A stretch of 64,000 bases of DNA, from the NCBI GenBank assembly GCA_000091205.1, contig AP006495.2. The stretch is one strand, 5' to 3'. A program made the position numbers and the translations under genes. The notes under the pieces were generated by a model. That model was not told the origin of the DNA. It worked only from the letters and a program-made list of their open reading frames with translations, and made no database searches. The DNA comes from Cyanidioschyzon merolae. Taxonomy: Eukaryota. This document shows, in pieces, positions 22,342 through 34,709 of the stretch (positions within the stretch are counted from its first letter, which is position 1; each line of letters starts with the position of its first letter).

Positions 22342-25300
22342 CAGGTCTTCGCATACGGTGGGAGCGGTCGGCGTGTTCCCGCCCTCAGCGACGCTGAACT
22401 CCAGTCTGAACGAGAACGAGTTGCGGGCAATGTGCTTGCCGCGTTCGCTGCTGGGCATGCCACCGACTAGTGTGTCAGGTGGATATGGAGCATTGGAGTG
22501 CTCGCTCGTTCTCTCTATCTGTCTGTCTATCTCTGTGCTCTTGCTTTGCTGTTTTATACGAACTGGTTTGGGTGGACAACTTCGACATTCAAAGCACGGC
22601 AATGAGGCGTTACGGATGCATACGAGTTTAGAAGATGCTCGGTTGCCTTTTCGAGGCCAAGTCGACGCTTTACCGCTGGCGTCTGAGACGGCATCGCGAT
22701 CAAGCGGATACGCAACACACTCGGGCAGGTTCGGTGGTAACGGAAGCGATGGCGTTATCCAATGCATACGTAGGAGCCTGTCATGCTCTCCTTTACTTCC
22801 GAGTCGCGTGGTCAATGCATGCATTGTTCCATTCCTCGCTTTTTCTGTTTCGAGTTCTCACCCGTGGGCGCAGCGATTCGTAATGCTAGATGAAAGAGCG
22901 GAAAACGCAATGATTTCTCGTGATGAGCTCTTCGGAAGCTCATGCCGAATCTTGCCTGACCTTCGCATGTCCAGGAGTCGATGCCGTTCGAAAGACAGAT
23001 TCTGCGTTGTTTGTGATCATCGAGAAGTCTGCATTTTACTGAAGCAATGTATCGTTCACGAAATGTAGTCCCAGCGGCTCGCATCTCTTCGGTTTCCACG
23101 GGGATCGGTTTTGGACTCGCACCAGCGCTATGGTAGTAACCACTTCGCGTGGAGCGTGTTTCATCGCTTCGCACGAAGGCAGCGCAGCTGTATCAAAGCT
23201 TCCCTGTTTGTTCTCTAGCTTGGAATGGCTTGACGGTTCTTGTATCGCGATGACGAAAGTAGCGTTGCAAAAATCCTCTGTCGAGTAGAACAGCGTGCGC
23301 TTCCGCGTATGACAGACAGCGTACTCGTCGAGTGGTCTACCCCAATGAGCCTGTGGATGTAGGATGAGGGACAGGGCGCAGAAATGGAGGACGCTTACGA
23401 AGGGCGTCCTTTTTACCCGTTGAGGGTATTTTTCGAGCGCTGGAGGAAGCGCTCATACGTCGCAGGTCAAGGCTTGGTGAATCTGAGGTAGACATATGGG
23501 AACACCCGTCCACAATCAAGTGCCAGCGCTGGTAAGTGCACACCTCGGTTGTATACATAGAGGATGGAAATGGCAGGGGAAGCGTGGATCGAAAGCACGA
23601 ACTGTGCGACAAATGCGTCGACAGCAGCCAGAAGCGGTGCAACCTAGAGATTCCATGCTGCCACCAGCATCGCTCGGCTGCTGGCGACGGAGCAAGAGGG
23701 AAACCAGGGACCCGCGCACTTCATGCGGGGCGACAAGCGGCAGCGAGAGGAAGCACTCGGAGGAATCGTGCGAAAACGCTAGTGTTCATAACGCTATGAA
23801 GAGACTCAAACTTTAGTGTACACGAATGCGCTAGGGTACCTGTCCCATTTGGTGCTGATATGGGTCTCTAGGCACAGGAGACTTCCCGAGCTCCATGTCC
23901 TGAGCGCGCACCTGTCTGTCCGGGAGACAAACGGAAGTGCATTGACATCTCCTGTCGGTTGCAAGGACAAGTGTATATGGAGACAATGACTAGTTGGCAG
24001 GGGATTTGCAAGTCGCAGCTATCGCCGCGTTCACGCGGAACGCGCTAGCTTCATCCAAGCACTTGGCCCTGCGCGGTGTCCAAGACACCTGCTTGTTTCC
24101 GCCTTCGACGACGCCTGATCTCCGACGCATCATAATGACGATGAGTATGCTTTGTGGTTGCTATACATCCTTTAGAGTTGTGCTGCGGAAAACGGAATAT
24201 CTATCATGAGTTTGTCTGTGAACCGTGTTTGTTGGCAGTTCATTGTGCTGGCGCGATCACCATGGCCCTCTAGTGTTTACGCCATCATCCACGACACTGG
24301 ACCTACTGCATTTCTCCGCTCTGTCAGCGGTGACACTGGGACGCGCTGCGTATGACGAACGCGGCGTACTTCTGTTCATGATTCCGGGGTGGAAGCGGCC
24401 GTTGCCGTCCTGAGTGCTGCGAATGGATTGAAAGTTCCGCTTTCGGAATCGAGGAGTCGTCTGCTTGACACGCTGGGGAGAAAATGCAAAGACTTTTACT
24501 TTTGCTGAAACAGCCTTGATTTCTGGCACGATTGGGATCTGCAGCAACGACAACTGCACGATTATTGGTGATCCTGGTCCAACATGAGTGTCCGGTACTT
24601 GGTCGAAGGTAGCGCGAATTCACCATCCCGACTTGCTGTGATAGACGTGACTTTTCTAGGTTTTCTGGAATACACCAGGACGCTGGCTTCCATGCCTGGA
24701 TAAAGCGAGTTTCGAAGGCGCTCATAGCAAGATGCCCCGTCCATGTCTACATACACCAACGTTCGTACTTCAGGAGCCAACGATGCTCATCCGATTTTAC
24801 CCAGTCCATATCTTACGCTCATCGTGCAGCAATGGATGACGGATATTCACGGCTACCGGTGAAATGTGCAACGATCCGCTCCGGGACACTCAATGCAGCG
24901 CGAGCGTACCGTGTTTCTGACCCGGTAAGCAGCGCATCACAAGTGCGCTCGGTAATTGATGGTTCAGCTTCAAATACAAGCGCGCGTGCATCTTTCGCAG
25001 TGCACGAAAGTTGTCGCTCTCTGCGTTGCATCTTCCGGCAATGATGGCTCTGTCTGGGCAGCACGAGTATATCTGTGCGCTATTTTTGAGCTTGGATGGC
25101 ATTTAGCACCCCTTTTGAGCATACCCTTGCGTCCTATCCACTTGATGTAGACCAAGTATGCATGAGCAAGATCGCGAGTGCCGCCTAACATCCACTTCAC
25201 GTCGTGTTCGTAGCTTCTTCTGTTGCTTATCTCCGCGTGGCTATTCTAGGTCTATGGGAAAGAACAAATTTGCGCGTAGCACTTGGAGCCTCCAGCGCAC

Positions 25301-25953
25301 GCATTCGATCTTTCCCAATGCCGCAGACGTCGGCTTCGACGTACGGCAAGGTATTTTTTTGGCGGGCACTGAACGAGGTAGTTGCATATGGTTCATATCT
25401 ATAAATAACTGTACATATGCATCCCCTGGCGCGAAAATCTCTTTCTCGCCTTCTTCCCCCAGGAATACATGCCCGTCACCAGCCGCTGGTTACCAAGATC
25501 AGCGCCGTTCGATCACCCCCAAGTACCGAGAACCATAGAGTTTAGCCCAGGATCCATGACAAGTTCAAACACAGTCTCTGACTCTTTCATACCTACCAGG
25601 CATCTTTCTTGAGTCCCTCTACCATGATATCATTTCCAAATATCTAAAGGACCAAATACGTCCATAAGCACCATCCCATCATTTCTATGCATCTCAGAAA
25701 TCAAGCACCAGTACGTGAACGTACGATCCGATGAGCATTTTCGCGCCTTCTTTCAAACGTGTTGGCGCCTCCCGCGCATCCATCCTGCAGAGCGCTGCGG
25801 CGCCTCGCGCGAAAGCCAACTGCCCTGGCGCCAATCGACGGACGCAGACCGCCGCTGGCGCTGTGCAAGAGCTCTCGAGCAACAACAAGGTACGCGCTTG
25901 AACATTGTCGAAGTGGACTTCCCAGCAGAGAGAGCCGAAGATTTGAACCAGCA

Positions 25954-28389
25954 ATGGAGCGGTGTGTAGTGAAACGTGATGGTCGTCGACAGCCGGTAAA
26001 GTTTGACAAAATCACTGCGCGAATCAAAAAGCTGGCCTACGGTTTGGACCCGCTCGTGGACGTCACCGAGGTTGCGCAGAAGGTGTGCGCTGGTGTATAC
26101 GACGGGGTGCATACCTCGGAGCTTGATGAGTTAGCTGCTGAAACTGCAGCGTACATGAGCACACGGCATCATGACTATTCGATTTTAGCTGCGCGGATCG
26201 CGGTAAGCAACTTGCACAAGAACACCGAAAAGTCATTCAGTGCGGTGATGGAACGCCTATATGCCTACAGGTCTCCGAAAACGAACGATCCAGCGCCGCT
26301 GATTGCGAGCGACGTCATTGAAATAGTGCGCCGCCACGCCGAAACGATAGATGGCGCTATCATCTACGACCGCGATTTCTCTTACGACTACTTTGGGTTC
26401 AAAACTTTGGAGCGCTCGTATCTGTTACGAATCGACGGCAAGGTGGTCGAGCGTCCCCAGCAAATGCTGATGCGCGTGGCGATTGGCATCCACAAGGAGG
26501 ACCTAGATGCCGCACTAGAAACCTATGACTATATGAGTCAAAAGTACTTTACGCATGCGAGTCCGACGCTCTTCAATGCCGGCACACCGCGCCCACAGCT
26601 CAGTTCGTGTTTCCTCCTGAGCATGACGGAGGACTCCATCGAGGGAATCTATGACACACTGAAGCGCTGCGCAGTGATTAGCAAGAGCGCGGGCGGTATC
26701 GGTCTGGCGATCCACAACATTCGAGCAACGAAATCTTACATTCGCGGAACGAACGGATCGAGCAACGGTATCGTGCCGATGCTTCGTGTCTTCAATGACA
26801 CAGCCCGCTATGTGGATCAGGGGGGTGGGAAACGCAAGGGCGCCTTTGCTGTATACCTGGAGCCATGGCATGCTGATATCTTTGAGTGGCTTGATCTGAA
26901 GAAGAACCACGGCAAAGAGGAAGCACGTGCACGAGATCTCTTCTATGCACTTTGGACGCCGGATCTATTCATGCGGCGAGTGGAGGCCAACGAACAGTGG
27001 TCCCTTTTCTGTCCGAATGAGGCGCCTGGTCTTGCGGATGTCTGGGGCGATGCGTTCGACGAACTCTATCAGCGCTACGAGGCTGAAGGCAGGGCACGAG
27101 AGGTGATCCCTGCGCGAAAGCTCTGGTTCTCGATTCTCGAGTCGCAGATTGAGACAGGCACGCCCTACATGCTCTACAAGGATCATTGCAACCGGAAAAG
27201 TAATCAGCAGAATCTAGGCACGATCCGCTGCTCCAATCTCTGCACCGAGATCGTAGAGTACACTGCACCAGACGAGGTTGCGGTGTGCAACCTCGCGAGT
27301 ATCGCTCTGAACAAGTTTGTGGTGCCAGGAGACCGTGAGCGCGGAACTTGTCCCGTATTTAACTTCGACGAGCTCGCCTTTGTGACTCGCATGGTTACCA
27401 AAAACCTGAACAAGATTATCGATGTGAACTTTTACCCCATTCCCGAGGCACAGAACTCGAATCTGCGTCACCGCCCGATTGGCATTGGTGTCCAAGGACT
27501 CGCTGATGCCTTCATCCTCATGCGGATGCCATTTGAAAGCGATGAGGCTCGTGCGCTGAACCAGGAAATCTTCGAGTGTATCTACTACAACGCATTGCAA
27601 GCGTCGATCGAGCTTGCGGAGCGCGACGGACCGTATGCCTCTTTCGAGGGCTCACCAGCGGCACGAGGACAGCTTCAGTTTGATCTTTGGAACGTGAAAC
27701 CGACTTCATCTCGTTGGGATTGGGATGCGCTTAAAGAGCGTATCACTCTTCACGGACTGCGTAATTCGCTACTGGTTGCCCCGATGCCGACTGCGTCCAC
27801 CTCGCAGATCCTGGGCAACAACGAATGTTTCGAGCCGTATACCTCGAATCTGTACACCAGGCGCGTGCTCGCTGGAGAGTTCACCGTCGTGAATCAACAT
27901 CTTGTCCGTGACCTGCAGGAGCTCGGCCTCTGGAACCCGCTCGTGAAGAACAAGATCATCGCCCACGGTGGCTCGATCCAGCAAATCCCTGAGATCCCCC
28001 AAGACATACGAGACCTCTATAAGACCGTCTGGGAGGTCAGCCAACGGCGCCTACTCGACCTGGCTGCTGATCGCGGTGCCTTCATCGACCAGAGCCAGTC
28101 CCTGAACGTTTACATCGCGCAACCAACGATCGGCAAGTTGAGCTCGATGCATTTCCACGGTTGGCGTCTTGGCCTCAAAACCGGTATGTATTACCTCCGG
28201 ACGCGACCAGCAGCTGATGCTATCAAGTTCACGCTCGATCAGCGTATTCTCAAGGAAGAGAACCACACCGCTGTCAATGGATCGCAACTGCCGTGCAATC
28301 TCACGCCGCGTACCAGCGCAGCTGAGCAGTTCGCTGCACTCGCCTGCTCCCTAGATAAGAAGGATGACTGCATCGCGTGCGGAAGCTGA
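25954..28389 (+). CDS. RNR1: Ribonucleoside-diphosphate reductase large subunit (R1, class Ia).
   Basis: [24 protein letters not shown] (ATP cone), LSSCFL, NLCTEI and the C-terminal CxxC tail (CIACGS). The track ORF starts upstream at 25759, but the conserved N-terminus begins at the ATG at 25954. Confidence 0.95.
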   Translation: MERCVVKRDGRRQPVKFDKITARIKKLAYGLDPLVDVTEVAQKVCAGVYDGVHTSELDELAAETAAYMSTRHHDYSILAARIAVSNLHKNTEKSFSAVMERLYAYRSPKTNDPAPLIASDVIEIVRRHAETIDGAIIYDRDFSYDYFGFKTLERSYLLRIDGKVVERPQQMLMRVAIGIHKEDLDAALETYDYMSQKYFTHASPTLFNAGTPRPQLSSCFLLSMTEDSIEGIYDTLKRCAVISKSAGGIGLAIHNIRATKSYIRGTNGSSNGIVPMLRVFNDTARYVDQGGGKRKGAFAVYLEPWHADIFEWLDLKKNHGKEEARARDLFYALWTPDLFMRRVEANEQWSLFCPNEAPGLADVWGDAFDELYQRYEAEGRAREVIPARKLWFSILESQIETGTPYMLYKDHCNRKSNQQNLGTIRCSNLCTEIVEYTAPDEVAVCNLASIALNKFVVPGDRERGTCPVFNFDELAFVTRMVTKNLNKIIDVNFYPIPEAQNSNLRHRPIGIGVQGLADAFILMRMPFESDEARALNQEIFECIYYNALQASIELAERDGPYASFEGSPAARGQLQFDLWNVKPTSSRWDWDALKERITLHGLRNSLLVAPMPTASTSQILGNNECFEPYTSNLYTRRVLAGEFTVVNQHLVRDLQELGLWNPLVKNKIIAHGGSIQQIPEIPQDIRDLYKTVWEVSQRRLLDLAADRGAFIDQSQSLNVYIAQPTIGKLSSMHFHGWRLGLKTGMYYLRTRPAADAIKFTLDQRILKEENHTAVNGSQLPCNLTPRTSAAEQFAALACSLDKKDDCIACGS

Positions 28390-28650
28390 GCTGTTACCGA
28401 TGATCGACTCTAAACCGTCTCAAATTATCCCATGATCGACTAGGTATGTACCAGAGCGTCTTGACGAATACCTCTTGTCGTGTTGAGGCACTGATCAACG
28501 AGCTTTCTCGTGCCTGCTGAGCTGCAGGTGCAGCGGCACTGGATTATCCACTGGGCGTGTCGTGCGTACCGTGTGTGTCGAGTCTGGTGGCGGCAACACG
28601 TGCGCTGCGTACGTCTTGCCGCGGAAGTGACGAAATGCCAAGGTAGTGAG

Positions 28651-29176
28651 AAACGTAATCCCTGATAGCAAAATGTATATCTTCGTATTCAATACATGAA
28701 CGCCTCTGATTCCCTTTGGAGAGAAGGACTATGCGAAGGCACTGAGAAACCTAATCCCTGATAGCATCATGTATATCTTCGTATTCAATACATGAACGCC
28801 TCTGATTCCCTTTGGAGAGAAGGACTATGCGAAGGCACTGAGAAACCTAATCCCTGATAGCATCATGTATATCTTCGTATTCAATACATGAACGCCTCTG
28901 ATTCCCTTTGGAGAGAAGGACTATGCAGGCACTGAGAAACGTAATCCCTGATAGCATCATGTATATCTTCGTATTCAATACGTGAACGCCTCTGATTCCC
29001 TTTGGAGAGAAGGACTATGCGAAGGCACTGAGAAACCTAATCCCTGATAGCATCATGTATATCTTCGTATTCAATACATGAACGCCTCTGATTCCCTTTG
29101 GAGAGAAGGACTATGCAGGCACTGAGAAACGTAATCCCTGATAGCATCATGTATATCTTCGTATTCAATACATGAA
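28651..29176. repeat. Tandem minisatellite of about 5.6 units of 96 bp (93-96 bp variants).
   Basis: Direct repeats of GGCACTGAGAAACCTAATCCCTGATAGCATCATGTATATCTTCGTATTCAATACATGAACGCCTCTGATTCCCTTTGGAGAGAAGGACTATGCGAA. Unit starts are at about 28651, 28738, 28834, 28928, 29024 and 29118. Each unit contains the inverted repeat CATGTAT...ATACATG. Confidence 0.95.
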
Positions 29177-29247
29177 ACAATGCCGTCTCACACCCGAAAT
29201 CAATTCCGACCGCCTGGCTGCAGCTTGGCCTCGGACCGGGTCAGGAG

Positions 29248-30078
29248 GTGCTGGTGCCTCACGCCCTGAGCATGTCAGGCGCTGCTCAGAAAACCAAGTC
29301 AAAGCACGCAACGTTTACAGAGTGCCTGCAACGGGAAGCGGAACGCGTGCAGCGACGAGAGCCGGCAGCGCTCGCGACCTGGCTTGCGGAACTTGCCGCT
29401 GCGAGCGACGACGCACAACAATCCGAAGAACTAGTTACGGAATGGCACAAGTTTTTCCAAGACTTTGTTGCACGCCAGCAGTTTCGTGTCTTTGTGACCG
29501 GTGATCAGGTGCCAGACCAGGGCGGTCGAGCAATCGCGCTCGCAGTTCGGCACAGCATCCGTCGTTCGGTGGAAACGGAGACAAAGCCAGAGGTTGCACG
29601 GATGACTACCGGAGCTTGCGTTACCGGGGCAGATGCTGCCCAGAAACTGCTCCCGGGGCTGTTACGACCAGACGTGCTTGTCTTGGCACCGGCAGCGGAG
29701 CGGGTGTGTCGGGCAGCGGCTGCAGTGGGAGCGCTTTCGCGCTTCCGCCGCTCCCGTTGGACTTGTTTGAAAGTGATCGCTCGTCACGAGCGACTAGAAG
29801 TTAGCATAGAACGCTGTAAGGCCTTGGCAAGAACACAAGAACGCCATAGGAACGGTGTCATCGTGCTGGGAACGCCTCATCGTATCAGCGAGTTGATGCA
29901 GCGTCAAGTACTTGGCGCACCGCGGAAAGCACTAGTACTCGATATGAGCCTTGACGTGAAATGCCGCCGTTTGTTGCGTATGCCTGGTGTACAGCAAGCT
30001 GCCCTGCATTGTCTGCGGATGATTGCAAAAGATCTTGCAGGTGATCATAGCCTTCCGGAGCTCGTCTTCTACGCCTAG
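29248..30078 (+). CDS. Hypothetical protein with faint resemblance to a degenerate helicase domain-1 or CMS1-like fold.
   Basis: 276-aa ORF with VIVLGTPHRISELM and LVLDMSLD. No firm family assignment. Confidence 0.3.
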   Translation: MLVPHALSMSGAAQKTKSKHATFTECLQREAERVQRREPAALATWLAELAAASDDAQQSEELVTEWHKFFQDFVARQQFRVFVTGDQVPDQGGRAIALAVRHSIRRSVETETKPEVARMTTGACVTGADAAQKLLPGLLRPDVLVLAPAAERVCRAAAAVGALSRFRRSRWTCLKVIARHERLEVSIERCKALARTQERHRNGVIVLGTPHRISELMQRQVLGAPRKALVLDMSLDVKCRRLLRMPGVQQAALHCLRMIAKDLAGDHSLPELVFYA

Positions 30079-30510
30079 ACGGTAACGATGGCCGGTTGCT
30101 GGCACCCAGCTCGCGTGCGGACTTGCGTGTACGCCTCAGTCCGACGAGATATCCCCTACGAGAAATGAGAATCCGAAAAAACTACGGCGGATTTCTGTTG
30201 ACTGATCCTCGGTACACATCGTGAGCGATTTCCGGTTCCAAGCGGTTGAGAGCATCACCGCTGGCCTCGATGCAGCGCTGCAGGTGACTGCGTTTTCACA
30301 GCGCCCTGCTGCGGTTGTAAATACTGGCCATTCACATAACAGAGCCGAGCGACTGGCAATGTTTGGTGCCTGGGAAACGACCATTGGCGGGCGTAGGGCA
30401 TCCCGGCCGGTTTGCTATCCAGAGATGACGTTGCCGAAGAGAAACGTACGCTTTATGGCCAATGGAGACGTCCAGCGCATCGCTCGAGATCGTTGGCACC
30501 CAAGAAGGTA

Positions 30511-30538
30511 GCCAGCCAGCCAGCCAGCCAGCCAGCCA
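30511..30538. repeat. (GCCA)7 microsatellite.
   Basis: gccagccagccagccagccagccagcca, lying in the intergenic space between two convergent 3' ends. Confidence 0.95.
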
Positions 30539-30602
30539 ATCATTACTTGAGGCGTTGCAGAGCGCACACCGATGATGAAGCTCTGGTGCCGCTGTCACCT
30601 GC

Positions 30603-32621
30603 TCATTGTCTCGTGCGACGTCGCTTGCGCTCCTTTGATGATGGATCCGGCGCTAAAGCCCCTGCATTAGGCTCCTTGTCGGGTGCATCAGTAGCACCAT
30701 TCGGTGCCTGATCGGGAGCATGTCCTCGACCAGCGTCCGATCGACGGCGTAGCGAACGTGTATGCTGCTTCGGGATGTCGTACTCCGTCGAGTCGCTCGC
30801 ACCAGCCGAGGATGTATCCTGAACAGCGCAGGACCCGGATTCCAAGTCCTTGCGTGCGCGTCGTCTATCGTCACGAGGTGCACGCTCCTTGTCGACACTG
30901 CGTTCAGGCTTCACGTGCCCGCGTGATGCATTCTTCTCTTCAGGATCGCGTGAACGTTGCTGCGCCCTCCGTTGAACAGACTTCACGGGCGCTTGTGGCG
31001 CGGGCGCAGCTACATCGCTGTTTTCGCAGACCCTTGACAGCCAGTCGAATCGTTGCCTCAGTTCCGTATCCTGATCGTAGGGTCCAAACTGCCGCAAGCG
31101 CTGCAAGATGGCAAACTCCAGCTCGTGCTCTGTCGTCTGTGCCAGAATCCGACGAAAATGATATAAAAGATCATGAAAATAAAGCAAAGGTACTTGCTCC
31201 TCGCATACAAGCAGCGCACCAATTCGTTGCGCGGGTTTTGGATCGCCCAGTAGAAGATGGGCCAGCGCTAGTCGAGCTCGAAGTCGTAATGGTAAAACAT
31301 CCGCTGGGTCCGTGATTCCATTGGAACAGGTCATTCGTGATTGCTCCTTCTCGTCTGCAGTGGCAGGAGCGTTTCCATCCTTGCCTGCTGGCAGCGACTT
31401 GGTCCCAGAGACAGTCAACGTCGATTCACGAGATCGCCTTCGAGCAATGCGGACGGCGGTGAGCATTAGCGTTAGATAGTTCATGGTAGCAGCGACCTCG
31501 GCGGCCTTTCCCTGGAGCAACTGGGCATCCGCCAAGGCCTCTTGAGCTCGCACATGTGCGAGCAGAGGTCTCTGTGATCTACGTTCTGGTTCCACGAGTC
31601 CGTACCGAGTTCGAGCTGAGTCTCTGAGTCCAGTCGCACTTCGAGGTCCGCTGTAGAGTGGTGGCAACCCCGTAAGCGCCTGCTCGAAACCAGTTCCGAC
31701 GGCCAATGCAGAGGTGTTCGAGGATCCCGCCCGAACGCGCTCTCGACGACGCATATCATCCAACCATTTGGTCAAGAGTGTCTCCGCAGTCGCTGCCTCG
31801 CCGCGTTCCAGATACAGACGTGCCAGGTTGACGACGGCATCCTCGTCAGCGGGTTCCATGCGCAGCAACTGCTCGAAGCCAGCTGCTGCCCGCTTCTCAT
31901 CGCCTATCTGCAGGAATAGGTAGGTACGTTCACGCAGCGCTTCCTCATCATGGCCGCGTGTGGCGCTCAGCGCTTTCGTCAAGCAGTGAATCGCTTGTCG
32001 AGGCTTGCCCATGCGAACGCTTTCAGAGGCAATGTACTTCCACCAGTCCACATCGTGCGGGTTCAAATGCGCGGCAATGAGCGCCAAGTCGAGTGCTTTG
32101 CTCCACTCACCGCGAGCGCTATGGATCAAACTCAGCGTCTTGTATGCCGGGACTGCTTTGGGATCCTTCACAATGACTTCATGGCAAGCAACCACAGCGT
32201 CATGGAGCTGGTTCTCCAGGTAGCAGAGGTGTGCCCTGGCCAACAGCGGCTCCAACTCTGGTGCAAGCCGGGCTGCAGGCCGACGACCTCTTTGTCGTCC
32301 GCGTCGTCCGCGTCCAAAGCTCAGTGCTGCAGCGTCTTCTGTCTCGTCAGCGATTCCGAAAACCTGTCTTTCGAGACGCGCACCAAAAACGTCCTCCTCG
32401 TCGGGTGCAGCGCTAGGTCCTCGCTCCAGATAATAGTTCGTGGCTGCAGCCAACGCCGTACTCGAGACCGTCGCTGGATGAAACTCCGTTTTGGACCAAG
32501 GTCGCCGGGTCTCGACTCCGTCCAGCGTTTGAAACTCGGCACTACCAGGAACGATTGCACGCTCGTCAGCAACATCGCTTTCCGAACCGTCCGGGCTTGT
32601 CTCCCGGAAGCACGTCGACAT
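30603..32621 (-). CDS. TPR-repeat subunit of TFIIIC (Tfc4/GTF3C3-like).
   Basis: Acidic N-terminus, then a basic RGRRGRQRGRRP stretch, then LARAHLCYLENQLHDAVVACHEVIVKDPKAVPAYKTLSLIHSARGEWSKALDLALIAAHLNPHDVDWWK, which matches the N-terminal TPR arm of Tfc4/TFIIIC102. The first ATG is at 32621 (track ORF begins at a GTG at 32660). At about 670 aa it is shorter than canonical Tfc4. Confidence 0.7.
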   Translation of the reverse strand: MSTCFRETSPDGSESDVADERAIVPGSAEFQTLDGVETRRPWSKTEFHPATVSSTALAAATNYYLERGPSAAPDEEDVFGARLERQVFGIADETEDAAALSFGRGRRGRQRGRRPAARLAPELEPLLARAHLCYLENQLHDAVVACHEVIVKDPKAVPAYKTLSLIHSARGEWSKALDLALIAAHLNPHDVDWWKYIASESVRMGKPRQAIHCLTKALSATRGHDEEALRERTYLFLQIGDEKRAAAGFEQLLRMEPADEDAVVNLARLYLERGEAATAETLLTKWLDDMRRRERVRAGSSNTSALAVGTGFEQALTGLPPLYSGPRSATGLRDSARTRYGLVEPERRSQRPLLAHVRAQEALADAQLLQGKAAEVAATMNYLTLMLTAVRIARRRSRESTLTVSGTKSLPAGKDGNAPATADEKEQSRMTCSNGITDPADVLPLRLRARLALAHLLLGDPKPAQRIGALLVCEEQVPLLYFHDLLYHFRRILAQTTEHELEFAILQRLRQFGPYDQDTELRQRFDWLSRVCENSDVAAPAPQAPVKSVQRRAQQRSRDPEEKNASRGHVKPERSVDKERAPRDDRRRARKDLESGSCAVQDTSSAGASDSTEYDIPKQHTRSLRRRSDAGRGHAPDQAPNGATDAPDKEPNAGALAPDPSSKERKRRRTRQ

Positions 32622-34709
32622 AGCGGACGCCTGGGGTTCATCAAAGCGTACCTCTCCCACGCCTAGTTCGGGCTCTATTCCGAGAGTCCAGCGTACACCT
32701 GCTCGTTAGAGTTGTTGCCGGGAAGCTGCTGGCCGCGAGGCTCAGGTCTTTGTGCCCCTCGCCCGCCGAGTGACCCAGCTAGTCGTAGCAGGTCGACAGA
32801 GCGCTCCCTGCCGAACTTTCTCGGTATACGAAACAAGTGGTTTTCGATCCAGCGCTCACGACGACAAGCGTTGCTCTCCAACGATGCCGAAACGAACGCT
32901 TTACAGTTGGATGCCGCTCGTTCCCGTGACCGAGGGACGCACTTGGTATACAAGTTCTTTTTTTTTGTTTTGGCGCTCGCGTGACTTGCGGTACGAACAG
33001 CTGGTAACGCATAGCGCCTGGGTACAATCATTCGAGTTTACCCGCGATACTACAGGACAACCTTCGGGGGCGCTGGAGGTTTTCGCTCCCCAGGAGCATT
33101 GCAAGGACTCGGACTCCGGGAAGGCATTTCCCGGGCGTCACTGGATATGAGACACGAGCTGTTGTAGGTGCCGAAACTGGTGCTTGCGCTTGCTAGCAGA
33201 TAGCTTGGGTCGGATGGAGTAACTTGGGTTGAGCTGGCTCGAATCATTCGAGGCGACGCTGCTCACCCGAATGGCGTAGGGAAGCGGATATCATAGCTCC
33301 TGGTCCAGGAGGGCACTCAAATAATGAGATTTGTGTAGGAAGGTGTTCAATTGAAGAGTGGCAACGTTCTCTGAATGCGGCAGGTACCTCAGCAGGAAAC
33401 GCCTCAGGATATCTTTGTTGTTGTTGTTGTGGTTACACCGGTGTTTCCCTGGTGTACCTGAAGCGTATGGGCGGTATGCGTCCGTGTATACACAATTTCT
33501 GTATACTTATGCTTCATTCCTCGTTCATCTCTTTTCTTGATGCCTCTTCAGACGTTTGTAATTCGTAAACTTGAGGTTTTCTCCCAGAACAAGTCACGGT
33601 GAGCCCGGCAGCAGCAGTCGCAGCGCGCAAAGTATCCAGCAGCAGATCGAGTCGAGTACAATCGGAGATATCGGAACATGCATTGGCTTCCATGAACATG
33701 TCCTTTACAGAGGCGAAACAGATCTTAATTGTGTTGGTCCATGAAAGGAAAGCTGGAATGAATGAAATGAACCCTCTTATGTTTTCTTCTGTTTTCCGAA
33801 GAGAAGAGGATTTGTTGAACGCGCTGCTGTCCGTGTTGCAACAGGTACCGAGAGGAAAATCCAGGCCAGAGAGCAAGTCAAGATATTCAGGCCGCCTACG
33901 CTCCATGTGGTCTAAGCAGAAACCCATTCTCAAATGGAAGCGAATGCGGCGATGACAAATCCATGAAGCATACCGTTTTCCATGGAAAACAGAAGATATT
34001 GGAGCCACTTGAAGCGTATCCTGCAGCAGGTTTCATGTTGCTATGGAACGCCATTCCTTCCACATCATTAAAGAGAAGAGGATTTGCCGTCTGAGAGGAG
34101 CTCATTATTTGACGAGAGAATTTCAGTGAACTGCTGAAAAACGCATCAAAGAACGACGTGGACTGGTTGTTTTCGCCTCGATCGAGCCGCAAGAATCGCT
34201 GCCTCTACGAGTTACCGTCGAACGGAAAGATGCTACCCTTGACGAGTTTGTGATAGGAGCATTGGGTACACAGGGAACGGAGAACAACGGAGGCTTCTCC
34301 ATGCGCATTCGAGAACGATATCGGTTATTTTACGAAGCCGTATTCGCGTATGCTGCGAACCATCATCATGACACCAGTGACGTAAACTATTCCAACGGTA
34401 GTGCGTCAAAGGAGCAACTCCGAAATAACCACCGAGTATCCTTAAACGACGTATGGATCCGGAAGCTTCAACGCCGCATGTCGAATATCGGAGCTGTACA
34501 TCTGAAAAAACAAGTCGCAAAAATGCTCCAATCAGAAACACAGCCAGCAGTTCAGCGTACCGTCCTCGCCTGACACGGGTTTCGCGCTCATACGTCCGCT
34601 GCTCGCACCAGGTTGCCGCAGTTTTTCAGCCATGAACATCTGTCTCCAAGACTATCAAGCACTGACTCGCCGTCGCTCCAGTTGGCTCGCCGCCTCACCG
34701 CCGGGTTTC

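Noticed and set aside
21958-22824. The N-terminal 160 codons of the track ORF that contains RPC11.
   Set aside because: No similarity to RPC11 or anything else. The conserved protein starts at the internal ATG at 22341.
28651-29176. Tandem direct repeats that could be mistaken for a CRISPR array, or read as a spliced-leader, 5S or snoRNA gene array.
   Set aside because: Eukaryotic nuclear context. Units are nearly identical, with no variable spacers. The 96-bp unit is too short for 5S. There are no clear C/D boxes (TGATAG rather than TGATGA) and no match to known SL sequences.
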